DNA of 63,648 nucleotides, filler included, from Bigelowiella natans CCMP2755 (taxonomy: Eukaryota; Protista; Cercozoa): assembly GCA_000320545.1 (NCBI GenBank). It is 5 parts of 5 records of this genome, joined end to end, with 100 filler letters (N's around TTAATTAATTAA, not from the genome) between each part and the next. Parts side by side here need not be neighbours in the genome. Positions count along the whole stretch, not along the records: positions 1 to 19,199 come from ADNK01003362.1; positions 19,300 to 42,722 come from ADNK01003428.1; 3 more parts are not named here. One strand, given 5' to 3'. A program made the translations under genes and the position numbers. This document shows, in pieces, positions 1 through 21,033 of this stretch; position 1 is the stretch's first letter, and each line of letters opens with the position of its first letter. The notes beneath the pieces are model-generated. The model was given only the letters and a program-made list of their open reading frames with translations. It was not told the DNA's origin and ran no database searches.

Positions 1-57
1 GACTCGCACGCACACACAAATAATTTAAAATATACATTATACGTAAGTGTGTGTCAG

Positions 58-92
<35 letters not shown>

Positions 93-111
93 CTATGTGA
101 TATTTAATTTA

Positions 112-260
112 TCACACCAAACCTTTGCTTCTTGTCTCCTCGATAATTTCTCTCGAAACCTTGGGTGGAGCTCTTTTACAGCGTAGCAAAAGTCTCGGAA
201 GGATATCGGCTGGAAGTGGTGACGGGGGGGGGAGGGTTAGTTTTGTGAAGATGCAAGGGG

Positions 261-307
<47 letters not shown>

Positions 308-1034
308 AACACAAACACATCAAAACACACACGCGGACATGTCCATGTACGCACACCGCACTCACAGCACGTTAGCGTACAGCTCCCATAAATTGATCGA
401 TGTGGTCTCACCCTCCTCTCCCCTCCGATGCGAAAGCGCAATTCAATCTCTTCCCGACGGAGAGATATACCGACCTGAAAGTCAGGGGGGGAGGGATAAA
501 TGCATGCAGGTGGAAATAGGAAATGGAGAGTGCCCATACATGTTGTTGGCGTGTGCACCAGCACATTGACAAGGAACAATATTCAACAATCTAACGCTAA
601 GCAACCTCACCGTCTTGAAAAGATTTTGTAGCTCTGAAATCTGGTCTTCGAGGTTTCCTCCTACAAAGTCAAGACAGACAACCCCATTGGGAAGAGAAGA
701 ACACACGCGCATCAAATAGCAGTATTGCGTCGGCCTTTACACGCCTTAAATCAAAATACATTCACATGGTAGTGGGGGGAGGGGAAGAACGGACCTCTTA
801 TCATGCTGTACATGTTGTTCATCATAACCACCTAAGATATAAAACAGTGCGGGGAGCATTTTAAACTATCAGCACACAGCTAAAACAAGATTACACGAGG
901 ACGCAGCACATTGGCATCGAAACGCTCATAGACGTCAGGATCAAAGCACAAAATATTCACATATAAAGCATCTTCGACCCTCAAACAATTACAGGACATC
1001 TCCTAACAACCATTATTCAAAGCCTTTCCCCGCC

Positions 1035-1080
<46 letters not shown>

Positions 1081-1374
1081 TTCACACATAAATGACTGAC
1101 CTCCATATTGTCCATCATTGGCGTCTCCTTTTTATTCCGCATTTCCATCCATTTGGCTCTCTGTGATTGTACACGTACAGGCAGAAGCATAAGTACAGAT
1201 GGAAAGAGACGAAAGTAGGTGAACACCACACACACACACACACACACACACAATGATAGAGAGAGAGGGGGGGGGGAGGGGAGAGAGAGGAGAGAGAGAG
1301 GTCGTAGCTGTGCAGATCATTTACCTCATATTCGTAAATAGCCGAATGAACGGCCGAGGACCTGGATGTGGAAT

Positions 1375-1428
<54 letters not shown>

Positions 1429-1823
1429 AATACATACATTATCTAATACGCATTCATCATGAATTGGCAAAAGCGAGACGTAACAACGCGCTTCTCTATC
1501 ACATAAATGGCCACCTTGTCGAGCGCTTTGATAGGGCAGAAAAGGTTGTATTTGATGTACGGCTTGAAAAGCTGGGAAAGTCACGGATAGGCGCCGGGGC
1601 CAACAGATTCCACTTATTCGCTGCGAACAAAAAAGATGATAAATGATAAAGAGGAGGAGGAGGAGGAGGAGGAGGAGGAGGAGGAGGAGGAGGAGGAGGA
1701 GGAGGAGGAGGAGGAGGAGGGGAGCATAGATGGAAGGAAGAGAGTGCGATACACACTTATGCACGCACACACATACGCACACACAAATACATACACGCAA
1801 CAGGTATGCATGACCAACGTAAG

Positions 1824-1873
<50 letters not shown>

Positions 1874-2422
1874 ATCCATCTCTCTGTATGTCTGTGTGCG
1901 TTTGTGTGTGAGAGCGGTGAAAATGATTCAGCGCGTGCTTCATTCATCTCTAAAAGATCTACACTTCAGCAAACGAATACCAGAAGCCTTCTTTTCCTGT
2001 ACCCCTCTCTTGCTGCCCATCTCCGCCCTCACTGAATCTTCAGTTTTGCTGTCACTGGAGGATCGCACGGCAGCCCGAGCATCCTCGAGCAGCTGCAGCA
2101 ATTATAGAAACGCCATTTATTGAGCAGGAATAGCAAATGAAATGAAAAGGGTGCAGGAAACCTTGGAGTGCAGATACTTTAGATCTAGCCTTTTGGGTTT
2201 TCCATCGGCAGATTTGTTGTATAGCTTGCGCTTTTGAAGCGTCCCGTAACTGCTATTTCTCTCCGAATCAAAGGAGTCGCTGACAGAGACTCGTGGGAGT
2301 GGCTTCTGGAGGGTCGTCGCGTTGAATCCACAGCTGCGGCGGTGGTTCATGGCGACAAATTTAGCCGCGTCCCTCTCAATCCCATGCATGATCTCTGGCA
2401 TCGTGTTGGCCTTCTTAATCAT
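112..2422 (-). CDS. Multi-exon hypothetical protein, 3' end probably beyond the window start
   Basis: ATG at 2422 (MIKKANTMPEIMHGIERDAAKF...YLHSK|GT). Further short non-repetitive GT-AG-bounded segments lie between microsatellite introns (LLEDARAAVRSS ~2090, NKWNLLAPAPIRDF ~1615, GGNLEDQISELQNLFKT ~660, VGISLRREEIELRFRIGGE ~474). No family recognised. Confidence 0.45.
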
Positions 2423-2786
2423 GGCGGCAATCACGGCTGGCCCCCCCCCCAGCGGCCGCTTAGTCTAGTCAGAGGTCTTCTCGTCTTTTTGGGATGATAG
2501 AACGGCCTTAAAATTTTTATCCAAGCGTAACGCTGGTAACGTGTAACCGCAGGAGATGTTTAATAGATACGACATTCAATTTTCGATTATTTTTCGGAAA
2601 ACCGCATCTATTTCGTGATCACATTAGCAACTCTTAATTCTTGGTCGCCACTCGTTTGAAGTGAAGAAACGCCTTTCTTAGAGTCTACATCCGAAACGCA
2701 GGGGATTTTTTTCTTTTTTCGTACATCAAATGCCATGGAGGACGTTGTTGTTGCTCGTGAAATCCGAAATCTCGAGAAATCCGCAA

Positions 2787-4295
2787 CCAGTTCGAGGCAC
2801 TGCATTTTGCACACTGCAAGTGTCTTGCAACACTTTGGAAATGTCAAGGGGGATTCACTCCCCCGGGTTTTGGTCCGTGTCATGCTCGGAATCCAATCCA
2901 AACTTCTTCCGAAGCACCACAGAAGACTTCTGGACGTGTGAGAAGGTCCAGAATTGTCCAGAAAGGGGTGCAAAAAAGTGGATTTTCAAGGAAAAAAATC
3001 GAGGGCAAAAACTTTGGGTGCCGCGGAAAGGGTCCCCTTTGCGCGTTGGCTCAAAAAAACATGCTCAGAGGCCGTGTCAACAGCAACTCCATCACCTCCA
3101 GAAGTTCCACTCCAAAATTCGCAAAATTGAACGTTTCCGCGCCAAAAAAGCGCTTTTTTTTTTGTGGTTTTGACTTTGGTGAGTTTTCGATGTGTGGCTC
3201 CTAGCGGCCTGCACGGCGGTGCTGATGCGGTGATCAATGAAGCTGGATGTGATGCGCGACGCGCAGCTCCAGAGCTGCTTGGGATTGGACGCACGAGCAA
3301 GACGTGTGGGCGCGATGGCGCACACTGGCACACTGTGTGCGTGCCCAGCGCGCGCGCACGCAAGCACTCACAGCTTCCCACTCTGATGCACACCTGTCAC
3401 TTCATCATCAAATTGAAGCCAGACACGTCGCGACGTTGAAATCGTCACGTGCAGGCACGTGCAGCACAGAAGAGCGTGCACGCGCTGTGCATTGTTGTCA
3501 TCGTTGTCACGCGATCGACGCACGGGAAGAGCTGTGAGGCGTGTGTTGTGGAATGGACTTCACTTTTCCAATCATTGTCATCCCAATGCAGCTGCGCAAA
3601 GCTGCGGCAGGAATCGAAGCGGGAACAACCACACGATGTGAGCTGTCGTTTGGACTGCACAGCTCACAGCGCCACTCTCAGACATCGATGGGAAGGGCGG
3701 GAATGATGAACAATGAACGATGAACAAAGCATTGATCAAATCTGCATGCGCCAGGGAAGTGGGTTGGGCACATCTGAGACATCCCAGTGACACGATGCCA
3801 AGAGTTCCACCAATGTGCATCTTGGGCAATTTCACTGGACACTTTGTGGATGGTTTTTGAAGAAAACATTGAGGAATTTGAACAAAATTTGCATTTTTTT
3901 GGGTGAAATCGAAAAATTTTCCCGGCTGACGCCGGGGCAAAACCGCCGAGCATGACACGGACCAAAACCCGGGGGAGTGAATCCCCCTTGGGAAGTGTGG
4001 TTTTTCATCATTGTTTCATTGTTTCCGCAGAGCAAACCTCCTTTTCAAATTGAAGCAGTGTGAAGGGATCGCTTCCACTTTTCTGCCGTTTTGGAAATGC
4101 AGTTCATCATCATTGTTCATTGTTCATTGTTCCATCCATTCCTTTTTGTTTCACTAGTTGGTTCTCACCAGCCCACTGAAGTCACTTCGAGCCACAGTGT
4201 TGGTCCTCACTGAAGCCAGTTCGAGGCACTGCACTTCGCACACTGCAAGTGTCACGTCACACTTTGGAGATGTGGTTTTTCATCATTGTTCATTG
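2787..4295 (+). repeat. Diverged direct repeat unit; copy 1 split by the TIR element, copy 2 intact
   Basis: CCAGTTCGAGGCACTGCA..GCACACTGCAAGTGTC..CACTTTGGA(A/G)ATGTGGTTTTTCATCATTG at 2787-2844 + 3999-4021 and again at ~4216-4295; a partial third copy at ~4088-4130. Confidence 0.75.
2845..3990. mobile_element. Non-autonomous TIR DNA transposon (MITE-like, hAT- or P-type ends)
   Basis: Perfect 45-bp terminal inverted repeats: CAAGGGGGATTCACTCCCCCGGGTTTTGGTCCGTGTCATGCTCGG (2845-2889) and its reverse complement (3946-3990). 8-bp flanking direct repeat GGAAATGT (2837-2844) / GGAAGTGT (3991-3998). No transposase ORF. Confidence 0.85.
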
Positions 4296-5099
4296 TTCAT
4301 CATTCATTGTCCATGGCTGCGATGCGACACTCCACGCACGTTGCCCGTCTAGCCGTCACCTCTCAACACGTGCACAGCAAGGTGTGTGGAGGTTCACGAA
4401 GCTGGGAACAGTGCATGGAACGTGGATGAGCTGACCAGCTAGCCAGCTGAGCCAATCACGCACAAGGCGATGCATCACGTCAGAGCCGCGATGCAGTGAG
4501 AGGTCCGGAGAAGCAGAAAGTGCAAGAAAAACTGGAAGAAGAAGAAGAAGAAGAAGAAGAAGAAGAATCAAGCAGACGACCTAGCGTGGTCAGCAGAAGA
4601 AACGTGCGAGTGGCGACACAGAGAAGGATTTCATTCACACCACCGAAATCGTCACCAACTTCCAACGTGTGTCACACACGTGTCACCGCGAATCATGCAG
4701 TCTGACCTCCTGCACCATGCTTGCTGCTTGCTGGGTCTGGTGAGGTGTGGCGATGCGATGCAACAATCCAACAATGGCAATGCGTCGCAAGACGACCCGT
4801 CGCACAAAGTCCGATGATTGCATGAAACGCATCATGGCGGAGACCAACAAACATTGGCGCTGCAGCTGCTGCATTGCACTTGCTGCACGTGGGTGAGGGT
4901 GACCATTGAACAAGTTTGACTCAATTGATCACCCGTCTCACAGAAGGATCATTGAACTGAAAATTGAACGATGAACAACCCGCATTTGCTGCAGCACGCA
5001 CTCAATGGGCGCCTCGCTCGTGGTGGGAAACAGGCGTTTGCATGCACGCAATCGAACGAACAAAGAGTGCACTGACACTCCATTCATCACAAGCGCTTC

Positions 5100-5185
5100 C
5101 CCGCAAAATCGGTGTGCAAGCAAAATCGGTTTTTTGACATTGCAAAATCAATTTTGCACCGTGCAAAATCGGTTTTGCGTGCAAG
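5100..5185 (+). repeat. Cluster of GCAAAATC(GG) short repeats, possibly subterminal repeats of a degenerate element
   Basis: GCAAAATCGG / GCAAAATCGG / GCAAAATCAA / GCAAAATCGG within ~80 bp. Confidence 0.5.
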
Positions 5186-5656
5186 TTGGTCACAGTGCTT
5201 CACATGCTGATTGGCACCCCCCCCAATCCCAACCAGTCACGTTCGTGCACTTCGACACACGATCCAACGTGGTGTCATTGTCTGTCCATTGCAACTTTTG
5301 AAAGGGCCTGCTAAACCATCACCGTGAGGATCAATGAGAACCCATGCCGCAGTTCAAAAAGGTCGCCCAGCTTCCTGTGCCCAAAAAGGCCATCATTGTC
5401 GCTGCATGAAGGCATGGGTTCCATTTTTTGCTTTTTGCTTCCCTTGAAAGAATGGAATGAATCACTTCATGAGTGTTGTCGCAGTTGTGAAATGGCATGG
5501 TTTTACCCTCAATTTGACAATATCTCCGAGCGTTGTCTGGTGCTGGTTTCCGAACGAGCATCCATTACAATCCGAACAGGGGGGGCTCGCACACATACTA
5601 CATACTACCTACCGAACCCTTCACCTCTCTTCCCTTTCACAACGGATCTCGTGGTC

Positions 5657-13804
<8,148 letters not shown>

Positions 13805-14448
13805 TAGCTCTATCCACGACAGGAACTTCGTCTTACGTCCCATCTTTGCAATGAATCTCCACGAGAAGCAAGTAAAGAGCTTGTCTCAGGGGTCCAGCTA
13901 GCGTTTATTAATGGCTTTCGCGTGCACTCGTCATGATGCGACGCATGCCTCTATGTTTGTTATCAATGCCCTTTGTTGTTCGCCTCAAATCATGCAAACA
14001 TTATACGCGACGTAGTGTTTTACTGGGAAAATTGGGCAGAAGCGCGGTGCACGTATGTTGTGGATGTGAGGGTAGCATTTACGCAGTATTATGCAGCGGA
14101 CCTCTCTAGTCTATATTCATGATGTGTGCGCGCGCGCGAGAGTGCTGGCGTGCGAGGTTGCATAGTAATGCCCTGAGTCATGCAGGATGTTTATATGTAT
14201 GGCCATTCTAGCATTATTATGTGACTTACGTCCTGAACGATCGGATTAAAAAAGCAACAAATAAACATGGTGTATAGCGGCTATTAGCACAGCTACTCAA
14301 GTGCAGCACGCGCGTACGATATCGGTAAGGGTTGAAACATGAAATAATTACGTATGTGCGTGATCGATAAGCGGGAAATGCAATACCTACCATCGACACA
14401 CCACCATTCAATTCATACATGAAAACCCCGTCAGGATTATTATTATTA

Positions 14449-17113
14449 TCATTCGTCAGGAATTCTTCCAAGCACAGCATGACCGATGTCAAGTTCCTGC
14501 AGCCTATCGATGCTCCTCCTTATATCAGTCGATCCAAGGGGAGGTGTTTTCAGCAAATAGGGATCGATTTTGTCATGCACTGCTCTTAGCTCAAGAGCTA
14601 CTTCGATGACGCAAGATATCCTTTCGGAACATATGACTCCCATCATTCTTTGCCATTCAATGATGGTGCCCTGCACCCCCCCCTTCTTCGTGCTATTATT
14701 TCCGTCTGCGACCTTCACACCCAACCAAGCTAACAATTTCACATTTTCCTCGAGCTTGGTCCGACAACACGACTCCCACAAATCTAATTTGCTCGCATCA
14801 TCCTCCATCCTCTTATAGTCCTCGAGCTGTTCGCGGATCTTTATTTTCCGGCGCAGCCGGTACAGTTTTCCTAACAACCCATCGCATTCATATCATCACT
14901 CCGCATTCAATTGGCATGATTTCTCGAAAGGCGTCTCGTGAGCATGTAAGGTGCAGGCATGATGCAGCTTCGACCAACTACTACCGAGATTGAGCTCTTT
15001 GAGTTCTGGGATTCTATATGCCCATTTCTTCAACATACTGCCCTTGCTCATGACCACGTCTTGGCCTCTTTGTGTCTTCATCGAGTAACGAGGATATGCT
15101 TTCTTCAAGGAGCGCAAAATGCTTTTGTTGACTAGATTTTCTGCTTTGCTGCCGGCGTCTAAATCCATGGAGAAAGCTTAGCTAAAGACCCTCACGTAAA
15201 GGAAGATGTTATGTTGTGTATGGATATATTACTACCTGCCGTTGTTGGTGCTGCATCACTAATTAAACTCAATTGCCGCACAAAATTGCGAACATCCTCA
15301 ACGAGTAGCTCTGCGCTTTCAATCTCCGGGTTCATGTCCCCCGTAGCATGCATCAGCCTGATGATGATGATAATGATGATGATCGTGATGATGATGTTCA
15401 GAAACCATGCCAGCATTGCACTCTAAACCCTCTCTGCTGCGAAGGGCCAACCAAGGACATTCACTTTTTACCTTCCCACATCCTGGAGAATAGAAGAGTG
15501 GCAATGCTTGTTGGATAAATCAGCCGCTCTCCTCTTGATGAATTCCGTATTGAAACTACGGCTGTCGCTTCGACCAAACCATGCACGATGAGCGTGTACC
15601 ACTCGCCTTCGTTTTTCCGTGTTCATTAGATTGTCTGAGCCACTCCCCTTTGCTTCCGACGTGGTTTGGGCTTGCTGATTGGCTGCTGCATTGGAGCTCT
15701 TACTGCTGCTGCTGCTACTACTATTGCTATTGCCACTATTGTGAGGTCGCTTTCGATAGAGTCTAAGGAGTTGATTTCGTTGTGAGTCAGACATCTTCAT
15801 GATAAGCATCTCTCGCCGACTCCTGGATACTTTCCTGAGAATATTCTGGAAGGGAGGGAACATCATCGTAGTCGTCATCATCATCATCATCATCGTCATC
15901 ATCGTCGTCGTCCAATCCTCACAGTATCATCTTATTTTCCGAGTCAAATGGTTAGTCAATGTACCTTTTGGTCCTCAGCGGTGAACTCTGCTTCGAGCTT
16001 CTGAGCATATTCTCCAAAGTCTTTCTGGCGGCAGGAGTTTATGAAGTGCACCGCCAATTGCTTCTCGACTTTTCATGAGGGTAAGGTAAAACAAGCGGAA
16101 AATAGCGTTTCAGATCAAATAACATTCTTGGAATTGACTGTGCTACCTTCTCTATCATCCGCCATCTGTTGTAATGAATAGACGCGAGAAAACTCTGCAG
16201 ACCGTTCTCTTTTATGTTGCGTAGCACCAACACCAAACACTGGTCGGGTGGGGGCTGGAAGCCATTCGAAGTGGAATCGTGATGCAAGTTTCCTTGCGTG
16301 ATAAGTGGATATTCTACCGATATAGTTTTTACTGAAAATAACAGTATTTCTTAATAAGAAGTTCTAAGCATGAAGTATCACCCCATCGCAAAAATTGGCA
16401 TAACAGAAGCAACAACGGTGGGGTCTGGAGAGGAACTCAAAAGAACATTTTCATCTCCGGTGTATTTTCAGACATGGAAACGATTGCAAATATGTGCAGC
16501 GACAACACTAAAAGGGTGTAAATGCACTGTAATTGACACCCTTTTGTGGTTTTTACTTGTGGAGCTTAGATCTGGTGTTGCCAGACACGTGAAATGTGCT
16601 CGAAGATGGCTGCTGCCTCTGGCCTTCGCTCTCTGACTGGCAGCAGGAGGCCTACGTTCTTCAGACCGCTCTCCAAGCCCGTACGTGTTTGAAATTCGAT
16701 GCAGTAATACATGGGGCTGCCTTTTTTGCGTCGTTTGTATAACGCAGCGCTAAGAGCCTTTATCTTCATCGCTTCGATTGGACGATGAAGAATCGCCTCC
16801 ATCCAATAAAACGCAGCTACATGATGAGCCCTGTGTAGATGTTGAACTATGGGTGTGGTAAGATGCCACAGCGATAAATGTGTCATTGATCGAGTCTCCC
16901 TTCTGCACCCTTGGATCCCAGCAGAGAGCACCTATCATGACATCACATATTTGTGCTGTTTTGTCCTCCTGATGCAACTCAGTTCTGGCCATCCTATGGA
17001 CCCAATCGCCCATCCCGTCTTCGATCGTTCAGACAATTTTCTACAGGTAAATAATATTTATTAGTGTAGATGTGCGTGTGCAGTGCATGCATCATGGGTG
17101 GTGTTAAATGAAT

Positions 17114-17205
<92 letters not shown>

Positions 17206-17853
17206 TTTTTAGTTGAATCATCTTAGGTTTGTTGGTGTAATGCACCGTTACTTTTAGCCACGAAGGGCACACGGCTGATTCGCTAACATTTGCAATGATG
17301 TTGGCGTCTATTTCAGGGAAATCACACAATACGAGCATGACAACCCCACTAGCTGTCGGAGTAGGAGCACTCATACTTGGGGGGGCAGGTAGCACAAAGA
17401 TTTAGAGCTCTCCAGTTTCCACGAAATGTCAGCGAATTTATTCCTCATTCATTTCTTCTCTCTTTGTTCTGCTCGACCGACGCCCAGGGGCTGCCTACTA
17501 CTATCATCGTCAGAATCAGGAGTTTGAACAGGTGGGTGGCATTATCTCATATGCTACTAGTCATACGTGTAGCTCAGAGCGCTCTGGAATGTGCTACGTG
17601 ACGAAACCAAATGGTGTCGGAGCGAGCAGCTGCTCTCTATCACAATAGAGTACTTGGGTTGATATGATTTCGAGGAGCTTTCTAGAGTGACTAACGACGC
17701 CGCCTTCTCTTCCTTGTCCTTTCCTGCATCTTTCTTCCTTAATTTTCGTCCCCTTTTTTGTGCGATCTGCCCCCCCCCCCCCCTCCCCTCCGCCTCCTCA
17801 CAGGAAAAGTTGAGAAAGGAGGCCGAAGAAGCCAAGCTTGTGGTGAGTAGCAT
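14449..17853 (-). CDS. Multi-exon hypothetical protein
   Basis: Chain of long protein-like minus-strand ORFs (14449-14877, 14896-15168, 15468-15860, 16039-16287, 16566-16931 and others) separated by intron-like or microsatellite stretches. No family recognised; start uncertain. Confidence 0.5.
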
Positions 17854-18200
17854 CTACTCCTGTGTGTTATTGGATGTGTTGCGGGTGTTGGCGAAGTTTT
17901 AGCAAAATTTGATGTTAGGGCGGCCGAAGATATTTCATTTGTTTCTCCAACAAATTTTTCGAAATTCAACCGAATCCTGATGGTTACCGTGAAAAAACAC
18001 GGAGACTCTGTTATTCTGTGACACTACCGAAAGCTAGGGCAGGGGGGGGGGCGCGGATAATCTTCTGTTATTCGTTCCGCACCATTCAACAGTCCGAAAT
18101 CGAAACAAAGCATGAAATCTACTATTACTTCTACTATTACTTCTACTATTATACCACCCCCCCCCTCTCGTAAAGCCACTACCACCAGAGCCTGAGGCCT

Positions 18201-18288
18201 ATGTACATCCTTACACATTCTGGCCTTGGTACATACAACCAGCAACATAGAAATCGTAGCGGTAGAAAAAGAAAAAGAAGAAGATGCT

Positions 18289-18332
<44 letters not shown>

Positions 18333-18942
18333 GATGGTGCGCCTACCAGGGAAAGCAGCATCAGGGCAAAAGGCTTTTTGTCTTCCCCCCCCCCCCCCCC
18401 CCCTTATATCGTATTAATCCACCATGGTCGTCGCTATTGTCTTGATAGCCCTCCTCACGATGTTGTGTGCTGACGGTGACAGGTATTCGCGGTATTATTT
18501 TGTCTTCACACGCACCTTCAAGCTGCTGTACATCTGGTCGCCGTGTTTCTATCGAGTCATCTACACGTGAGTGTTGCGACTACCACTACTTCTGCTACTA
18601 CCTGTGACACTACTACCAATGCTAGGAGGACAGAGGAGGAGGGGGAGGAGGAGAAGTTACTACCGTTTCCCCTTCTGTTTTGTGCGCATGTGTTTGTGGT
18701 GATGTATGTGATAGGGTTGGTCTCTCTGATCTAATCGCCAACTTTGCTGCCGTTCGTTGTTTACTTAACCCCTTCCTCCTCTCGAATCAACGAATGCCTC
18801 ATAAGAAAATGACTCATGACCCCTCCCCCTTGCTCCTCTTTTGTTTTGATGAATGCATGATGGCTGAAAGGCTGATACGTGGGAAGGAGAACGACCAGGA
18901 ATGGATAAATTGGTTGCTAGCTGCGAACAGTCATTTTACATT

Positions 18943-18983
<41 letters not shown>

Positions 18984-19130
18984 GCCCCCTCTTCACACAC
19001 ACACGCACACATATACAGTCCACACGCATTCTTTGCCATCCATACACGCGTCACCGCCAACAGGATGCTAGAAAGCTGTGTGCTGGCGACGGAGCAATCT
19101 GGTGCCGGATTTCAGAAGTTTGGCCAATGG
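18201..19130 (+). CDS. ABC1/UbiB (ADCK/AarF) atypical kinase, 5' part, truncated by gap
   Basis: Exons YSRYYFVFTRTFKLLYIWSP, VGLSDLIANFAA, LIRGKENDQEWINW and MLESCVLATEQSGAGFQKFGQW. The last matches the UbiB-family KxGQ motif (GPxFIKxGQW). Start uncertain. Confidence 0.7.
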
Positions 19131-19199
19131 GTAGTAGCGATCATGATCATGATGATGATGACGATGATGATGGTTTTTATCATTATCACTCCCTCACTG

Positions 19200-19299
19200 N
19201 NNNNNNNNNNNNNNNNNNNNNNNNNNNNNNNNNNNNNNNNNNNTTAATTAATTAANNNNNNNNNNNNNNNNNNNNNNNNNNNNNNNNNNNNNNNNNNNN
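19200..19299. other. Assembly gap with TTAATTAATTAA linker
   Basis: N44-TTAATTAATTAA-N44, the same pattern at all four gaps. Confidence 0.98.
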
Positions 19300-19368
19300 C
19301 AGGAACCTTCTCAAGGGCCACATCGCACACGCACACGCACACGCATATGCACATTTATATATAAATAA

Positions 19369-19406
<38 letters not shown>

Positions 19407-19609
19407 TTTATATTGGCTTCATATAGAAAATAACTTCAGTAGTGACCGTCATTGGCCTTTATTCGTCTTTATCTTCTTATTCTTCCTCCTCCTCCTCCTC
19501 CTCCTCCTCCTCCTCCTCAACTACTGCTACTTCTATACGTTCATATCCCCCTTAAACCCTGCTGCCCCTCCCCCCCCCCCACTGCTTTCTCAAAAGAGCA
19601 AACAAGAGA

Positions 19610-19945
19610 CCGGTGACATCGAAGCTCTTCCAGGATAGGTCTTGCTGACATCTTGTATGAATTTCTTGTCAAAGCCTACCCAACACGGTAGTAGTGTTTC
19701 TCGATATGCTAGAATATACGACTACGCTCTTGAGCAGCACGCACGCATGTGCAAGCAGGAGGTGTCCTCATGAAATCTTCTTCTTCTTCATCATCATCAT
19801 CATCATCATCATCCGCTGATCTGCTATGATCGAATCGGTGTATCGCTCCCCCTACTGTCCGTCTCTTTCTTCTTCTTCTTCTTCTTCTTCTTCTTCTTCT
19901 TGTTGTTGTTGGCTATTCTGTGCTTGTTTTTGAGGTAGTGTTGTT

Positions 19946-19995
<50 letters not shown>

Positions 19996-20733
19996 CCCCC
20001 CCCTCTCTCCTTCCTAATTGCCGTCATATGAAGTACATAGAATGCGGTTGCGGGTGACAACCACAACAACACTAACACTGACACTAACAACAACAATAAC
20101 AACAACAAACAACCACGACAACAATAACACTGACACTAACGACAACAACAACAACAACAACAACAACAACCCACCGGCGATTATCGATCCCCCCACAGGA
20201 ACCATCAGGTTCTTGTCTGTGCTTTGCACAAACGCATCGATTCTGCCCTTGCGTGCCGCCCTGTCTAACCGACCCATGATCTGAGTATCATTGGCGAAAT
20301 ATCGATCGATGATGATGGTGATGATGATGATGATGACAAGGTTGAGCAGACGATGGTGGTTGGCGCCTTCTTATAGTAAGGCGAAGAATGCAACGGCAGT
20401 ATAACAAGAGCGACCGACACTCTTCCTCAATGGCCAAGGCCATTCAACCCAGTTTTACATGCCCGCATCGGCAAAAACCAGCACGGTGCGACAGCACCTC
20501 TATGATGGCATCTCTTCTCCTTCCAGCCTACATTCCAACTCTACGTTGCGTAACAACTGCTGCTGCTGCTGCCACTACTAGTAGCGAGGATGTTCGCAGT
20601 ACCTTTGGACTCTGCAGTCCGTAAGCGTTATTTACTACATGCGCAACACCCTGGGGAGGGGGAGGAGGAAGGAGAGAGAGGGAGGGGAGAAGGAGTAATG
20701 AAGAAGTGCGTGCATCACTTATGAGGAGGGAGG

Positions 20734-20779
<46 letters not shown>

Positions 20780-20995
20780 CAACACATCTTTGCTATGAGC
20801 ACACATATCCGGAAAGACAATTGGGAATCACCATCTGCATACGCATTGATGGTGATGACACTGCTAACGAGCAATTCGATCGAAGGAAGTGCAGGACATG
20901 AGGCTGATGCTGCTGCTTGCAAGGGGAAAAACGAGTATGCTGCTGACAATCCCTGCGGCTTCTCCCCTCCCACCCCCTCACAAAAGAAAACCATA

Positions 20996-21033
<38 letters not shown>

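Noticed and set aside
412-474. EEIELRFRIGG as the start of a TKL kinase domain
   Set aside because: No GxGxxG completion or downstream kinase motifs visible.
1253-1947. ORFs with poly-E/L/P/S and ERERER or HTHTHT tracts here and throughout
   Set aside because: Translations of intronic microsatellites, not proteins.
2608-5301. Many overlapping ORFs on both strands
   Set aside because: A by-product of TpA absence (almost no TAA/TAG stops, no Tyr); no recognisable protein motifs.
19244-19255. TTAATTAATTAA palindrome repeated four times in the window
   Set aside because: Always centred in N-runs; an artificial scaffolding linker with stops in all frames.
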